From the NCBI GenBank assembly GCA_044892525.1, contig CM097885.1, positions 194,246,001 through 194,310,000 on the forward strand: a stretch of 64,000 nucleotides of DNA, written 5' to 3'. This DNA is from Schmidtea polychroa (Eukaryota). Position numbers and translations under genes: made by a program. Within the stretch, counting starts at the first letter, position 1; the number at the start of each line of letters is the position of its first letter. The notes beneath the pieces are model-generated. The model was not told the origin of the DNA. It searched no databases and saw only the letters and a list, made by a program, of their open reading frames with translations. Positions 61,046 through 64,000 of the stretch are shown here, piece after piece.

Positions 61046-61770
61046 TAAGGTTGCCAGATTTTCTGGCAACCCTAAAAAATTGAAATTTTCTTTTTGCCAT
61101 TTTAAATTAGGGTAACTATATAAAAAATTAAAATAATAAACCAAGTATAAATATAAAAATCAATAAACTCACACATTTTTAAATAATTTAATAGCTTTAA
61201 ATACTGTAAATAAAAATGTAACTTTCCCACGATGGCCACAGATTAAATTAAACAAAAACAAAACTTAACCATCTGTCATTCATAACAAAAACAAACTACC
61301 CAACAGGAAAAGTTTCATATTAACCCTACACTGCATGACTTTTTATATTTGTTAGGAAAAAATGTTTTTTAAACTGTAAGACGTTTTAAAAATTGATTTG
61401 GTAATACAAAACTATTGAGAATTACATTACGGTTTTTTTGTATTATATTGCAAATATAGCCAATACAATGTAATATGAGAGAACATTTACCGAGAACAAG
61501 AGCGAGACAGTTTTTATTCTAATAAGATAATTGTGTATCACCAGTGATACAATATGCAGTGTAGGGTTAAAACACATCGAACAAGAAAGCTAATTCGAAA
61601 AATAGAAAAGTGTGATAAATAAACGAAACTTTGGAGGCAGTTGTCCTCCAAAATTTTTAATTTTGTTTACAATATTGCAATGCAAAAAAACCGGGACAAT
61701 TGAGCGTCCCGAAGACATCTTTCGGGACACCGGGACAATGATCTCAAAACCGGGACGTCTGGCAACCCTA
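61046..61770. mobile_element. MITE-like element with TA(A/G)GGTTGCCAGA termini and CCGGGAC subterminal repeats
   Basis: Left TAAGGTTGCCAGA, right TCTGGCAACCCTA; three CCGGGAC copies near the right end; TSD imperfect. Confidence 0.5.
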
Positions 61771-62819
61771 ATTTATCTTGTGTTCGAAGTGAATAAACGT
61801 CATGTCCTTGAATTTACTACGCACAATGCCTGTTACTTTTGAAATAAAACTACACGTTTCACAAGTTAACCATTAAATTATATGAATATATTGTGTGTCT
61901 AAACAACTTATAAATTTTAAGTCTAAATTATTTTTCATTATTACTTTTCAATTTCCTTGTAATAGGGCAAATGATTTTCAACCTGTTATTTATTACGGAC
62001 GTGCTTATAATAAAAACAATTAAGTATTTACACTATTTTAATATTGATATTCCTCAAATTATGTTGTTGAAAAGGGATTGAAAAGGGAAAGTTTAGAATA
62101 ACTTGTTTCATTTACTGAAATTTTCAAGTTACTTTTTCATTAGATTTTTATGCAAATCTTTTATTTTCTTACCACATTGACGATTTTTCCCCAGAACGTA
62201 TTTTATATTTTACATTTATTTTACATTATTTTCATTCTATAAAAATATTTACAAAGAGAAGATTGTCGCAAGCAATGTAAAATTCCCTAAACAGATTGTC
62301 AGTAACATATCAATTTCTTTATAAAATCATTCAATATATATTCTCATTTAGAATTTTAGTTAAATTAAAATCAATTTAAGTAATTAAAAATTAACAATAC
62401 ACTTTTTTCATGTCATTGACATTTAACCAATTGTCAAAATAAATGTTTTAGTAAATAAGATTTGCATTTCGCCAAAAAAACATTGAAAAATATGACAAAA
62501 TTTAGATTAAATTTATTTTATCAAAATGCAGTCTTTTATAATATTATTTCTGAAATATAATGAGTTTTGAAACGAAATGCTATGTGATTCAATTACTAGT
62601 AATCAGAATTTTAAATTATAATCATAACCCCCCCCTGCTGAGGAAAAATTATTAAGCTAAAAAAGTAGGTCAGCCAGTATTTTTATGTAGGTCATGGGAT
62701 TTTTTGGTTTTATGCGTAATTTTTATGTTTTTCATTGATTTTTTATGTATTTCACGTCACATTAATCAAATTTTAAGTAGGTTAAGTCGAATTTAAAACA
62801 GTCCCGACAGGCACAGAAA

Positions 62820-63180
62820 ATAAAATAAGAAGGTCACAGACACACATACTCGTAAAAAATAGTCCCTGCTGGCATAATATATACTTTATAGACCATCAAC
62901 AAATAAATAAGTAGGTCGTATAGATTTAATAAATAAATAAGTAGACCACAGACACACACATACACTCGTAAAAAACATAGTCCTCACTGGTACCATATAT
63001 AGTATATAGATTTAATAAATAAATAAGTTGTTCATAGACACACACACTCATAAAAATAAAATAATATTAATAGCATACTCGTAAAAAACATAGTCCCCGC
63101 TGGCACAATATATATTATATAAATTTAATAAATAAATAAGTAGATAACAGACACACACATACTCGTAAAAACATAGTACC
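62820..63180. repeat. Degenerate ~110-bp tandem repeat
   Basis: Recurrent ACAGACACACACATACTCGTAAAAA(AC)ATAGTCC and ATAGATTTAATAAATAAATAAG. Confidence 0.75.
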
Positions 63181-63373
63181 TCTATTTTCAGTAGTGGTGG
63201 GCCGACTTTTGATTTGGAAATCGGAATTGACCGGATTCCTATTTTTGCCGATTAATCGCCATCCGGTACGGGCAGGCCTACCAATTCAAATAGTGTTAAA
63301 ACCTGTTAATATAATAAATCATAAAATTATAAATAACTATTGAGCGTTAAATACGTTTATAATACCTTCTTTT

Positions 63374-63681
63374 CGGTGGCATAGCTAAAAATTTTGGGCC
63401 CCTATGCAATGAGTCATAGATGGGCCCCCTATACTGCATACACAAGTGAAATAGGTGCGGTGCACCATAGCGCCGCAGGAAAAAAAAACTTTTGGCCCCC
63501 TTTATAAGCACAATTGAATTCCACCAGGGTTACTCATTTGGAGGTCCCTGTTGACTGGTGCCAACTTTGCCGTTGTTTGACATTGTTTTCTGAAGAAAAT
63601 TAAGGAAACTTGGAAAAAGGCCCCCTGTCTTGTGGGCCCCTATGCATTGCTTACTCTTGCTATATGGTAGCTACGTCACTG
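63374..63681. mobile_element. hAT-type MITE
   Basis: TIRs CGGTGGCATAGCTA and CAGTGACGTAGCTA; near-perfect 8-bp TSD CTTCTTTT/CTTCTTTC; internal GGGCCCC repeats. Confidence 0.8.
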
Positions 63682-64000
63682 CTTCTTTCATGTATCCCGT
63701 TACATTATCATGTCTAATAAAAATATTAAACGAAAAATTGACTAATAAAAATATTAAACAACAAATAAAATTGATCAAAACAAACACATCTTTATTATTA
63801 TATATTCAATTAAATAAAAATTTCCATAAATAAATCTCGCTCTCGTAAGATCTCCGACTATTACAATAAACGGTCTGTTTGTTATTTGAAACCGAGCCGC
63901 ACTAACCGAGGCTTGTAATAAATATTGTTCCAGAGCAGCATGTCTGGCTGTACATGAAGCAGATATCGAATTACTATGAGCTTTTAATAAAAAAATGCTT

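Overview
AT-rich eukaryotic (most likely metazoan) scaffold with three N-gaps (9666-9832, 45654-45790, 58181-58333), short spliceosomal introns and dense transposon debris. Host genes are an intact, intronless 2122-aa ABCA1-clade transporter (12618-18986, -), a multi-exon REPS (EH-domain) gene (28730-36623, -), the first two exons of a GK5-like FGGY kinase (59150-59406, +) and a truncated RNF115/126-like copy. The most unusual content is a Ty3/gypsy-type retroelement family with an atypical gene order. In the contig between gaps 2 and 3, a chuvirus/gB-type (class III) envelope glycoprotein lies upstream of, and in the same frame as, PR-RT-RH-IN. The integrase runs in-frame into a signal peptide/FN3-like/Thr-rich stalk/TM protein. 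It is followed by a small ORF and a 511-aa ORF with a catalytically degenerate REX4/ISG20-like exonuclease fold. The last 3.19 kb of this element is duplicated in inverted orientation at the other end of the contig. A diverged relative at the window start reads gag(4 zinc knuckles)-unknown ORFs-env and then appears to jump to the same C-terminal tail, and a third relic of that tail lies upstream of ABCA. Together these suggest the order gag-X-env-pol-FN3/TM-orf-exo. The rest is hAT, Tc1/IS630, Tigger/pogo, LINE and Penelope relics, MITEs and tandem repeats. Family assignments come from motif recognition by eye; no searches were run.
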